DNA of 48,632 nt from assembly GCA_000934665.2 (NCBI GenBank), contig JYFJ02006024.1, positions 1-48,632 on the forward strand. Direction: 5' to 3'. Both the position numbers and the translations under genes were made by a program. Shown one piece after another: positions 37,396 to 48,632 of this stretch. Source of the stretch: Catajapyx aquilonaris. Lineage: Eukaryota. The stretch's first letter is position 1. Each line of letters begins with the position of its first letter. Under the pieces are notes generated by a model. It ran no database searches, was not told the DNA's origin, and was given only the letters and a program-made list of their open reading frames with translations.

Positions 37396-40160
37396 CTTTT
37401 TTCGCCCCCATAAACAAAAACGCAGAATTTACTTTCAACTGCTAGCCTACTCAAAACAAAACTTTATGCTCACTGGAAATCAGCAGAATTTGTGTAAGCA
37501 ATATCCTTGTTGCGCCACCTTGTATACGAACTAAGCGTGTGCTGGTCAAACCGAGAATCCTCAAAGAACTGAGGTTATAAATCAAATCCTGTATTCAAGC
37601 CGAGACTATTTTATTGGCAAATGAGGATTACCTGTATTATAAAAGGTTCCCTAAAGTCACGTGCCAAAAATTCAGAAAGTCATTCTTGCTGTTCCTCGTG
37701 AATAGCTGGCTCCTCTACAATTAGGGACAAGCCGTAATTTAATGAATGTGTCCTAATGAATTACTGATACACACCTACCCATACGGGGGTGTGCATATGG
37801 GAGGTTGTCTGTGCCACACCCACAAATACTGGTAAGACTTTTGCGTGTGACGTCATCGTCTGAAACATTTGGCCTCACTCTTTTCACCGTCACAATACGG
37901 TCGCCCCATAAAAATCCATTGCTCCTCTTCGTCGACCTTCTAGACTAAGATAGTGCTCCGTACGGGGGAGAAGGGGGAGGGGGGGGGCACAATATGACGT
38001 TAATTCCACAACAAATTGTACTTGTGCTTACCTTGCATGACTTCCTGACATATCCACCTCAAAAGAGCTACTGCCTTGTTTCAAATACGCATGCATTGTA
38101 CATAGGACTACCACCAACGCAGAATTAGAAAACTAGGTTTTATCTATGACTATACATGCACTTCAAATAACCGAAACATCATCAAATTATAAAATCTTAA
38201 CAAGATTATTCTTGGTCCCATTATAATTATACCATACGTTGCCACCATAATGGCATGTGTACAGTACATTGTCTGAAGTCCATATTTTTGAACTGTTCAG
38301 TCTAAAATTACGTAACAAAAACATACGCATTTCTAACAAATATTTTGCCTTTTCATCATCACTTACCATGTACTATACAATCATATATAGTGGCCAAAAA
38401 TTGACGACGATCCATATTGATGAGGAGCTCCAAGAAGTTCACTGGAAAATTGATGATGTACTGATGTGCTGCAATGCGCGTATCGTTGCGTACTCAAGAT
38501 TGTGACGCAAGCTACTGCGTATTTATGTGTTGAAGCTGAAACATTGCTGAAATTCCATGCACTGAGCTCGTCGGAACCCGTCATCAGCGTGGATTAACCT
38601 CATATTTTTGGCTTCGAAAGTGTCATATTTGGTTTTAGTAGCCCTATATTAGATTTATCATATCAAGCATAATTAGGATCAGACGGGAAGAATAAAACAC
38701 TTCACATTGCGTGCTTTAGATTTCTCAAAAAGGTATTACAAAAGCCCTTATTTTCATAAGCTGAACCTCGGACTCTACATGGCACCACAACAAAGACTAT
38801 ATGTAACTGAATGTGGAGTGAGTAAGGAAAAGTAAATTGGGACATGTGTTCTTAACTGTTAAAAGATAAGCATTCTCTGTGTCAGTTAAAACAGCTCATT
38901 ATAGTTATCCACTACCTGACAATTACGCCCATACCTAATTTTGATCACTATTTTCACTGGACGGCAAAATGAAATGAACCTCTTCAGCTAAATATAATGA
39001 GGGCCTCGAGACAAAATTTGACGGGTAGAGAAAAACTCTTCACTCAAATGCATTAATATAAGCGACACACTTGATGTCATTTGCATACTGCAAGTCTGTT
39101 AACATGCACATTTTAATAATTACTCAAATATTTCTTCTGCAAAGAAACTTGCGTACTTACCTTCAATAATAAATAACTGTTATTGGCAAGTACGTTGAGC
39201 AGGTGAAGGGTGTTGGAGATATCTTTGTAGGCTCCATGGAAGCAACTGCAAGAGAGGTAGGCAGTCAGTTGGACAGCCTATAGCAGCAGAGAGATTAAAA
39301 CGAGCTGACTTTTATAACGACCGTTTTACGGAGGTAGCACATGTCCTAACTCTGGCTCAGATTGGTTGCTCCATTATTCCCCGTTTATTAAGACACCCGC
39401 TTCAGGACATTACGCCTGCCTTCTTTTGCGCAAATCGGAATCCAATTTGCCAGGACGCTGAGCCAACTACTCCATAACTGATCACTATTTTATAAATAAT
39501 TCCGCCAGATCGCAGCACTTGCGTGTGTTATCCGGATGCCCCCCAAATCAATTTTTATGCATTTCAAGAGCACAAAAATGCCCCACTCTCGTGCATAATG
39601 ATTGCATAATACGGAATTAAAATTAAAAGAGCGATTTTCTTTTTTTTTCTTTTTTTGCTTATGCATTTTGTAGGTCAAGCGTGCTGCATATGCAATGAAG
39701 CACTGCAGTACAAGACGACTACTATACAGAGCTCTATGACACATTTGTATATTACTATACAGTGTAGGCCTCGGGGCAAAACGCGAATACCGTTATCACT
39801 CCACCAAGTTAATTACAATGAAAGCGCCACAAACAAGTTGTGCATTTAATTTTTGGCCGCAGAACATCCCTCCAAAAAATTCAATTTTCATTTTTCTGCT
39901 GGCCATAATTAAAGCAAGCCTCACCGAACGGCCACTTTCTAAAGTAATTGTAATGTACTTAGGTGATATATAATGACAAAATGTCTTATAGTAGGATACA
40001 GAGCTTCACGGGGTGCATCGTTAAATTCGGGACTGCCACATTTATCGACTTCGTATTGTACAACAGAATAAATGTTAAACAAATATTCAGTAAAATTAGA
40101 AAAAAAAAACAACATCTCATACAGTTCACCGTTTGTGCAGGTCGAGGAAAAATATTCTGC

Positions 40161-40414
40161 ACCTGTATCCACTGTGTTCCAAGTATACTCGTCCTTTTAG
40201 TTATACGAAATTTCGCCAGAAGCTGTTATTTTTGTGTAGCTTTTTGTGCCCCGATCGAGGAACCCAATAATTATACAGCAACTGCTATATTCGACCACAC
40301 CTGAGCATAATTGGGCACCTCGATAGGGTAGCAAAAAGCTACACAAAAAAACAACTTCTGGCAAAATCTGCAATAACTAAAAGGACCTCAATTTGAAACA
40401 CACCGCATACAGGT
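40161..40414. mobile_element. Diverged palindromic MITE
   Basis: GTCCTTTTAGTTAT..GCCAGAAG..TTTTTGTGTAGCTTTTTG..ATCGAGG..CCCAAT is mirrored by ATTGGG..CCTCGAT..CAAAAAGCTACACAAAAA..CTTCTGGC..ATAACTAAAAGGAC. The outer ends are ACCTGTAT/ATACAGGT. Confidence 0.8.
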
Positions 40415-43157
40415 TACCTATTGCAAAATCTATGGACTAGATGGCACATTTTTCCGAACCTGTTGCAGTAGCCTACTCTTCATTAGTTGATACTAGTATG
40501 CCATTATATACGAAAGGACATTTAAAAGTGACAATGTCCTTCAATTGCCTGTTAATTTTTGTACAATGTGTACTTCTCAAGCAAGGATTGAAAATTACTG
40601 CTTCGATCTTTACCTTGACCACCAGAACTGGTTTAAAAATACACAAACTGATATGTACTTGTATATGTGCTGTAGTAATACCGTAGAAAATGTCGATGTG
40701 ACAAAACCTAAAGTAAAGAGACAGGGAGCGGAGTGCCGCAAATAGAGCCTATAAAACGCCTATGAGCCAAGTTACACCCCCACCATTATTTTTAATGGGC
40801 GCTACTATCACAGCAGTAGCCTCCACATCAAACCCATAAATCCTCCTTGATTAATCCAACTCTAGTGCAAATAAATGCGCTTTGATATTATGTACCACTG
40901 ATAGTTAATTCGAGCGTAAATGCGACACGGGTTCATTTATTTCCCACATTCAATTTCGCACTGTATGGCTGTTTCACATCACGGCCAGGAGAAAAATATC
41001 ACAACCACAATATTTCATCCGTTATTCGAAACCGGTTTGAATGACAACTTCGCTTTGCGAATCTCACCTTAAATGGACACACAACTTCAAAAGCTCGCTG
41101 GCACACTTTCCCTCTCAGGTCGAACACTTTATAAGAAACTCTTTCTGCCCAACTAAATGTTGCAATGCAATCCACACGTGTACATGACTACTTCTGGAGA
41201 TTGAGATTAATGTATGGCTGTATGTTTCATTCCCGTGTACTTTTGTACATAGCCTACTCGACTTGTTTATCATTTCCTAAACCTACTACAGTACTATTAT
41301 TATTACATTTCAATTTTTTTATTCTGGAAAGGCAAAATCCCAAGGCAAGCACCATATCTGCCAAAATGGGTGAATATCGACGTTCTTCCCATTTTTAAGC
41401 GAGTGACGATGTTACAGTCTTAACTCGGAAACAAGTGCTAAAAAGCAATTAGTTATGTTTTGGTAAACATGTTCGTAACGCCTGAAGTCATTTTCGACTC
41501 TATTGCAGCTTTCGAAACTACACATTTCCAGTTGCAGTTGACAGCTAGGGTAGAATTTTAGGAGTACAGAACACCTCTAATTGAAACAATGCTGCAGTAT
41601 ACTGTGTGTATACCAATCAAGTTCCTTAAGTATCCACACGGAATTACTGTCACTACTAAATTGAGTAATACTCTTCATTCCGCTCACAGTCGCGTCTGTT
41701 CGTATCATGTTAATTCTCGGGCGCCAAGTTTTAAGCTGACACAAGAGTGAATTAATATACTGGAACGTCAAAAACTGCAGGTGCTCCCCAACGAACCAGC
41801 AGTAACAATAATAAGTTTCAAGCCCCCCCCACCCCNNNNNNCCCCCCCAAAAAGGATATATTTAAAAAATCGGAAAGAAAAGGCTATTGGAATTTGCCCT
41901 TCCAGTTTTCCTCCCCGATTCTCTCCATATATTTGCCAGTAACCGGCAGGAGAAATGTAATTCGTCAAGAAGATCCATATCGAGACTTCCCGCAGGGCTC
42001 CAAAGTTAAAATTCTTTAGTTTCTCTTCCCAAAGTCACCCTACCCATTCCCATCCTTTCTAATACCATATTTTCTCCATTCCTCCTCCCCCGAGAGAGAA
42101 AAAGAGAAAAAAAAGGCATTCGCAAGCGCAATTTTTAAACCTCTCCACCAATCCAAAACCTCAGCCTAAAGAAGATAAACATTATTTCCTAACAACATTC
42201 ACGCTATAACGCACCACTCCGCACCAACACAAATATACGTAACTCCGTCATTAGAGGTAAAAATGAGGCGGGAAACAATAAAGTTGAGAATGCAATCAGA
42301 AAAGTATGTCGGAAAGCGTGCTTGGCAATTTATATCACTCGGGCCGAAATTAGGTCTAATTAAAGCTGGCAATTAAAAAGGCGAGGGAGACTTTTCGCCT
42401 CTTTTGTCTCCAAGCCGAAATGAGGAACAACATTCCGACAGAAGGTCCTTCGGATTATTATTCCTCACCAGGAATCCCAACTGTACCATATGTGCGATGC
42501 TTTTGACCAGATTTTTCACTTCTTTTACTCCTTCAGGTGTTCTCCGATTTATTGCTCAGACGTCTAGGATAGACACCCGCTATGTACAGACCTATATGTC
42601 ACGGGCCATGGTTTGCATGTTACTCTAGTAATATCAAAATACATTTTAAAACATATACGGAGTTATCCACAAATTATGTCACTCATGTTGGTTCCGGATT
42701 GTGCAGCACAAGCTTAAGTCTACAATTATCCGCGCAAAATGGTTCGTCTTCTTTTTATGCATGAGCGAAAAATTTTGATTTGGCCATGTCCCTGGCGCCA
42801 TTTTTGCCCCAAGTCTGTTACCTCCTTTTGCATGTTTCACGGTTACGAGAAGGGAGAAGAAGGGATGATGTCAGCGTTAGGTTACGTTATAGGGGAGTAG
42901 GAGTTGTGGTCACGCAAGCGTGACAGTGCAAGTTAAATATCGCCTATTATCGTCACGTATGACTTGCGCTTCTGCTGCACATCTCGCCCGACTAAAATGA
43001 CAGAATTTACCGGAGCACTGGGCTAATGCTCGTAGCCAGGTTGACAAGTTACCATGGAACCATGAAGGATTAACGACATTCAAAATATCTGTTTAATGTC
43101 GAGTGACACGCCGGGGGGTCATGTTGAGCCACAGTACATGTGCAGATGGCATATCTT

Positions 43158-43362
43158 TTTTTTTACGTTACCCCGTGATAAGGCTTAGCCTTTTTAGGGG
43201 GCTGGAATACCACCATTACACTTAATTTTTCCTTTAACTTCATCACCGGTGCAAGGAGTCAAGGATGTAGGGTAGGGATAGGGATTTTTTGGGGAGGGAA
43301 CATTGGTGCAAGTGCAAGGTCGGTAAAGGGGTCATGTGCTGTCCCCCAGGAGGTTAGGTTGC
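43158..43362 (-). mobile_element. 5'-truncated copy of the 3328 SINE family with poly(A) tail and 17-bp TSD
   Basis: The reverse complement aligns with 3457-3650. There is a T-tract at 43156-43164, and the TSD TGCAGATGGCATATCTT sits at 43141-43157 and 43360-43376. Confidence 0.88.
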
Positions 43363-43390
43363 AGATGGCATATCTTATCATGGGATAGTA

Positions 43391-43733
43391 CAGTGCTGGA
43401 CATATTAGCCGTCGCTGAATGTTTTTTTCCGGCGGTGGCGGAGACGGGGTTACCTGGCAACCCTGTCCGGCGGGCCAATTCAAACATCAGCCCATGGAGA
43501 GGGCTTCCATTGTTGCCACTGTTTACAAATCGAGTGAGTGAGTGCGCAGGCAGAAGAGACCCGTCGCTGGGTCGTCCGCGTCACTCACTCGATTTGTAAA
43601 CAGTGGCAACAATGGAAGCGCTCTCCATGGGCTGATGTTTGAACTGGCCCCACCGGACAGGGTTGCCAGGTAACGCCGCCGCGGCCGCCGCCGGAAAAAA
43701 AACATTCAGCGACGGCTAATATGTCCAGCACTG
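43391..43733. mobile_element. Near-perfect palindromic Tc1-type MITE (343 bp)
   Basis: TA|CAGTGCTGGACATATTAGCCGTCGCTGAATG ... CATTCAGCGACGGCTAATATGTCCAGCACTG|TA. The arms are about 155 bp with few mismatches. The CAGTGCTGG terminus matches the start of the Tc1 TIR. Confidence 0.95.
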
Positions 43734-46700
43734 TACAGTATTATGCTTAGGTTGTGGTTGTTCGGGATAATTACAAAATTTGGCTTGATTAGGAGTGCTA
43801 TAATTATGTCATTGAATGTCGTATACAGGGTGGTCCAACTATAGGAAGGAACGCTGCTTATTCTGCTTATTTATAGCTTCTTCTCAGTAGCCATAATTAG
43901 GTTATTTGTAGCAGTTCAAAATAACTGCTTCCCTTCCCATCCCGTAGGCATAGGATTCTGGTCCCGGCGCCATTATTATGAGTATCTGTGTGGCTTTGGG
44001 ATGACCGCACCATTACTGACCGTCTTGTGCGCAGCAGACCAAGTAACATTATTGTGGCTTTGACAATCTATATTTTACTCATTGGAGGCCACCGGAAGCA
44101 GGGTCCTGGATCTGGCAAAAGTGTTGCGGTTCCGGAATATCCCTATAGGATCTCGAAATGAATATAAAGTTGGTCCACGAGAAGAAGTGTAAGCAGTTAT
44201 TTCATAATGCTGCAAGTGACTTAATACAGGTTGACGATTGCAGTTGCATGGGGATCATGCCCTCCCAGATTCACGTGGAGTATGCCAGGCCGAGAGTATC
44301 GCTTTTTTAATGAATGAAAGGCCACCAAGGAGGTATTGCTTCCTGCTCATGTGCATGCAACTGCAGTTATACTATTACTGCAATTATAAACGTCGAAGTG
44401 AATTATTATTAAAGCGGTGCTGTGGCGTGCCTCTATCCTCAGATAAGCTGAACACAAAATTGCAATCCTTAATTGTTAGTTTGAACATATTCATAATTAC
44501 CACCAAAAATCGCCGTCACCAGCTGTTTGCCAGGTGACGTTTCGTACTCAAAGGATTTGGCGAAAATCGTTATTATCGCATTATAATTATCACTTGCTGC
44601 CCAGCAAACAAAATGTGTAAATATCGTTATGGGTGCAAAATAAACTAGTTTACTCCACCTAATTGTTTACTACTTCATGACAACAGAGCAGCAGCAAATT
44701 AGGAATTACCAGTGCAGCACTCGAATTCAACGTGCACCATTATGATGTGCATGTAATTTGTGGACAATATTCAGGTGCCGAAGTACTACTTTTAAATGCC
44801 AAATGCGATCATTATAAATTGACGATTGCACCAAAACATCTACGACTTTTATTTCGATATAGGTTTTATCGGATCACATGTTAATACCTGCCCCACAACG
44901 ATTCATTACAATTAAGCCATACATCATCAGTACTTCGAAATAATACTCAAATAAATGTAGACCGCTGGCATATTACAATGTCGGTCCTCCACAATCCACA
45001 TGTCGTCTCATTCTCTATAGAGATAGTGCTCATGACGGAAATAATGACTCTTCATGCAAAGCATAATTGAATTCAAAGCCCTAGCTGCATCCGAGTTTCT
45101 TCACACCTCATCGACACAAAAGGATGTGAACATTACAGATTCAGCGGAATATAATTATCTAATACGTCCTCAAGCTTCACATTTTCTTTTTGCTTGACTT
45201 CACCTGTCACACCTGCCGATTGTTCTCCTACGAAGGTCATGTTACACATTACTTATTACCCAAAACAAGAACAAAAAAAATGGCATTATCTACGGTCGTC
45301 GGCTCAACTGGAACACAATGAGAGGTGAATTTCTATACCCGGCCATGCTATTGTGAGAGTTAATTTAACCCTCGAGTCACGAAAAGGGGGGGTCCCACCC
45401 CCCGCCCTTCCCCCCCAAAAAAGGTAATAAAAAGTAGAAAATTGCGCAACTACCGTTATTCCTTCGGAAGCCCTCCACAATACATCCACGTACGCCTACC
45501 GCATCTATACCCTGTCCAGCATGGTAATGAAGCCACCAAGGTCGTCTACTCACCTTTAACTCCCTATTCTCGCTCAGGAAACAAAAAGGTTACCAAATCA
45601 ACCACCTAAATAAAACTAGCTCTGGTATTTCATAATTCTGAAAAGGTAACTAATTTGATTTTTAGAAAACAAAGAGACTTTAATGTCATTGTCAGCGCTG
45701 TACCTACACGTCATTGCTTTCCTTTCTCTATCCCACTCCATATACTGCTTATGAGCAACTTATCTTTATTAGTAAAGATTTTTATGATAGTGTCAGTCCT
45801 TTGCATGCAAATATCTTTTTTCTTGGGGGCCCGCCCTGGGCCCTACATCCAAAACTCGCCCATCTCTCATTTACGACTTAAATTCGTCTAAACTTAACCG
45901 TGCTTCACAAAACGTGTTTCAGGTAACATGGAAGACGACTAATAAAAAGAGGAATTGTGGCCCAGGGTTCACACAATAAAATCGGAACGTGTTCGGGTCA
46001 GGAATTCAAAAGCAGGCGTTCACATGGAGACTCGGTACTATACGGCTGCAGTTTATATGGTACCTGGAAGGTAGGGGACATAAGGCATATAATGTATGTA
46101 CAGTACAGTACGTACAGTATATGCAGTGTTCTTTTTGCAGCAGTGGTTAGCAATTTTTCCTAATACATGTATTAGGAAAAATCCTCTTATACTAATGGAT
46201 GAGACTAGGAGAGCCAAGACGACCGTGGCCAAGACTGTTACGAATAGGTTCAACCATTGACCTCAGGTGAAAATATGTTAAAATGGGCCATACTCAGCGC
46301 AGAAAGCTGAGCAATACATTGAAACTCACGGGCTGAATTTTGTTCAAATGGGGCTTTTGAATACCAAAGTCAGAAAACTTTGGGATGAATAAATTTTAAC
46401 GACAGAATATATCAGATGTTTGGTTATGCAGATGCTGCAAGGATAAAATCATTAATGTAAATTAGAGTATTTTTCTAAAATTGCTCTCTAATAGCTCGTT
46501 AAGTGGACTCTTGTGATTTCCCGTCTCCCAGCACCCAACATCTCACAAAACGTTCCTGAGCCTTTGGCTAACTCTAGTGGTCAATTAGCACCCAAGGTGC
46601 AGCATTAAACACTGAGGCACCTAACTTGGAAAGCCTCTTAGCTTCTTAACCAAGTTCAGACATGTAAACCCAGTCCTAAAACCGTGGCGCAGTCGTTAGG

Positions 46701-47453
46701 CAAAATAATACGCCCTGTGGCGTCAGATAATAACGGAAGCTCTTGTATCATATCCTATAGGATGTTATTACATTTGTGTGACATCACCATAATGCAACAC
46801 TCTCCTGTCTACTTCCCGCTTCGCATTAGGTTATATTTCTACACTCTCCGTGATGGAAGATGACAGAAAATTATCTTTAAACTTAGTTACCGAGCCCAAA
46901 TTTACTGCATGGGCTGACTCCAAAACCTCGGCACTTTCAAGGAGATCTTTCAAAACCAATCTGTGTGAAACGGATACCAAATTGTCAAGGGGAAGGCACA
47001 AAAACCACTGTCGTCTAAAAGTCGGTATAGACCCTATGTACAAAAAAAAAAAAAACCCTAAGGCATCCAGTTAAATCACTTTCTCGGAGCCCACAAAAAG
47101 ATGAACATGTATATACACGGGTATAAAGGATCACACGAGGAAAACTGCATAAAAAGAGGCAGGATGCGATCTCTCATACATGCAGCATGTCAAATTTCAA
47201 TACCATGCTGCTGTATATTCAAAACTAAGAAATACTTACATAAAATTTTTTTCTCTAATGCGTGCGTAGTTAGCTTGCAAAAACAGAAGTTGTAGTTACA
47301 ACGCATCTCGGTGGAAGAAGCACAGATCAAGTCCCTCTAGATTTCGATTGTGGATTCAGTGTTATAAGTGCAACAGTCAATTTTTTTATTCCGTTCTTTA
47401 CAAATTTCTGTAAGTATACCTACCTACCTACCTTCGAAGTACCCATACCTACT

Positions 47454-47551
47454 GGGAGGCATGGTGGTGAAGTGGTCGGCGCTGCAGCCTTCCAGCTCTG
47501 AGATCCTGCGTTCGATCCCCGAATCAGACAGAAGAATTTCTCACATGGAAA
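47454..47551 (+). mobile_element. tRNA-derived SINE head interrupted by a MITE
   Basis: GGGAGGCATGGTGGTGAAGTGG (A-box) ... CGTTCGATCCCCGAATCAGACAG (B-box), similar to the head at 13296-13372 (-). Confidence 0.65.
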
Positions 47552-47553
47552 TA

Positions 47554-47879
47554 CAGTAGAGCATCGATTATCCGAAACAATTGGGGGGTTCGGATAACTA
47601 ATTTTTCGGATAACCAATCATTTACGGAAAAAATTGTACCAGTGTCACAGGAGCTATATGAAACAAACTTACAAAGAAACAGGGATATTTACATATTAAA
47701 CACAAAACTGTACATTTTGCCGCGAGGTTGGTCACGTAGGCCGGTTGGCAGGGAGGGGGGAAAGCGCTAGCGGCTGCTAGCAGAACTACATGGCGCGCAA
47801 ATTTGAATTTGCAGACTCGAATGATTTCGGTTAACCGATGTTTCGGTTGATCGGTATTCGGATAATCGATGCTCTACTG
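47554..47879. mobile_element. pogo/Tigger-like MITE (326 bp)
   Basis: Perfect 23-bp TIR CAGTAGAGCATCGATTATCCGAA (47554-47576 and 47857-47879), a TA TSD and subterminal TTCGG(A/T)TAA repeats. Confidence 0.92.
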
Positions 47880-48427
47880 TAGTTTCAAAACTACATGATT
47901 CATAGTAGTTATAGTATTCCATTCGTCAGATCGCTAACACCATTACCATTTCCCCGAACATAACTCCGGTTTGAATGTAAACCCCTCCGTTCCCCCATAC
48001 AATCAACAACATGGTAGCCATTTTCCTCGTAAAACATATTAATCCCGAAATGTTTGGACGCAACTGACATCCAGGAGTGACAGAAGCTGATATTGACCCT
48101 CAGGAAAGGCCCCAGCCCCGGTAATTTCAAACTGGAGAACATCAGTCATATTTTAATAATCCGGCAGGAGACGGTTGACGAATGTCGGCGGGGTCAAGGC
48201 GTTTATCCCAAGCCAATTCAGCAGAAATGAATATCTCTCGGTGCCTACAACGAACGAATAGGCCAAAACTGCAACTGGGGAACGGGGGTTATTCCCTGCT
48301 CTGATATTGACTATGCTCGGGAGCAAATGGGCGCTTGTCCTCTCCGATTTTCTCCCGCACTTCCACTATAAACTTATGCCCTGTTCTCGTATAAGCTCTA
48401 AGTGTATCCCTGTTATTACTTTTTCCT

Positions 48428-48451
48428 CACACACACACACACACACACACC
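48428..48451. repeat. (CA)n microsatellite
   Basis: Directly visible. Confidence 0.9.
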
Positions 48452-48517
48452 CACTCTTGTCTTGACTAAGGCGTGGGGACGGACATTGATCACTTTTCAC
48501 TGCGAGTGTAAACTGAT

Positions 48518-48598
48518 CTAACCTAACCTAACCTGACCTAACCTAACCTACCCTACCTAACCTACCCTACCTAACCTACCCTACCCTAAGTAACCTAG
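48518..48598. repeat. Degenerate (CCTAA/CCTAC)n pentamer array (TTAGG telomere-like, interstitial)
   Basis: ctaacctaacctaacctgacctaacctaacctaccctacc... with ordinary sequence following it. Confidence 0.85.
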
Positions 48599-48632
48599 GC
48601 TGAGAAAAATGGACTTTTGTGAAACCCTACAA

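Noticed and set aside
41836..41841. N run within a poly-C tract (single Ns also near 7917 and 32273)
   Set aside because: This is assembly ambiguity in low-complexity sequence, not biology.
46831..47056. Minus-strand polypyrimidine tract + AG followed by an open frame (possible exon)
   Set aside because: The peptide is unrecognisable and no partner exons were found.

Overview
AT-rich (roughly 58-60% by eye) eukaryotic, animal-like non-coding DNA. I see no intact protein-coding gene, rRNA, functional tRNA or CRISPR array, and most ORFs in the track look like chance ORFs. The window holds many non-autonomous mobile elements: palindromic TA-flanked Tc1/mariner-type MITEs, a 1.7-kb long-TIR element, a hAT-like MITE, and tRNA-derived SINEs including V-domain SINEs, two retroposon insertions having clean target-site duplications. 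It also has microsatellites, homeodomain-motif-rich stretches that look like enhancers, and a (CCTAA)n-like array at the right end, which weakly suggests an arthropod. The most unusual signal comes from manual translation across stops and frameshifts. Two heavily decayed, apparently intronless signalling genes appear to sit head-to-head: a dynamin-like GTPase + protein kinase fusion (DSTYK-like architecture) at about 5260-7150 (-), and a death-domain + kinase gene (IRAK/Pelle-like) at about 9540-10900 (+). Both calls are inferences from ordered, degenerate motifs and need a frameshift-aware homology search to confirm.
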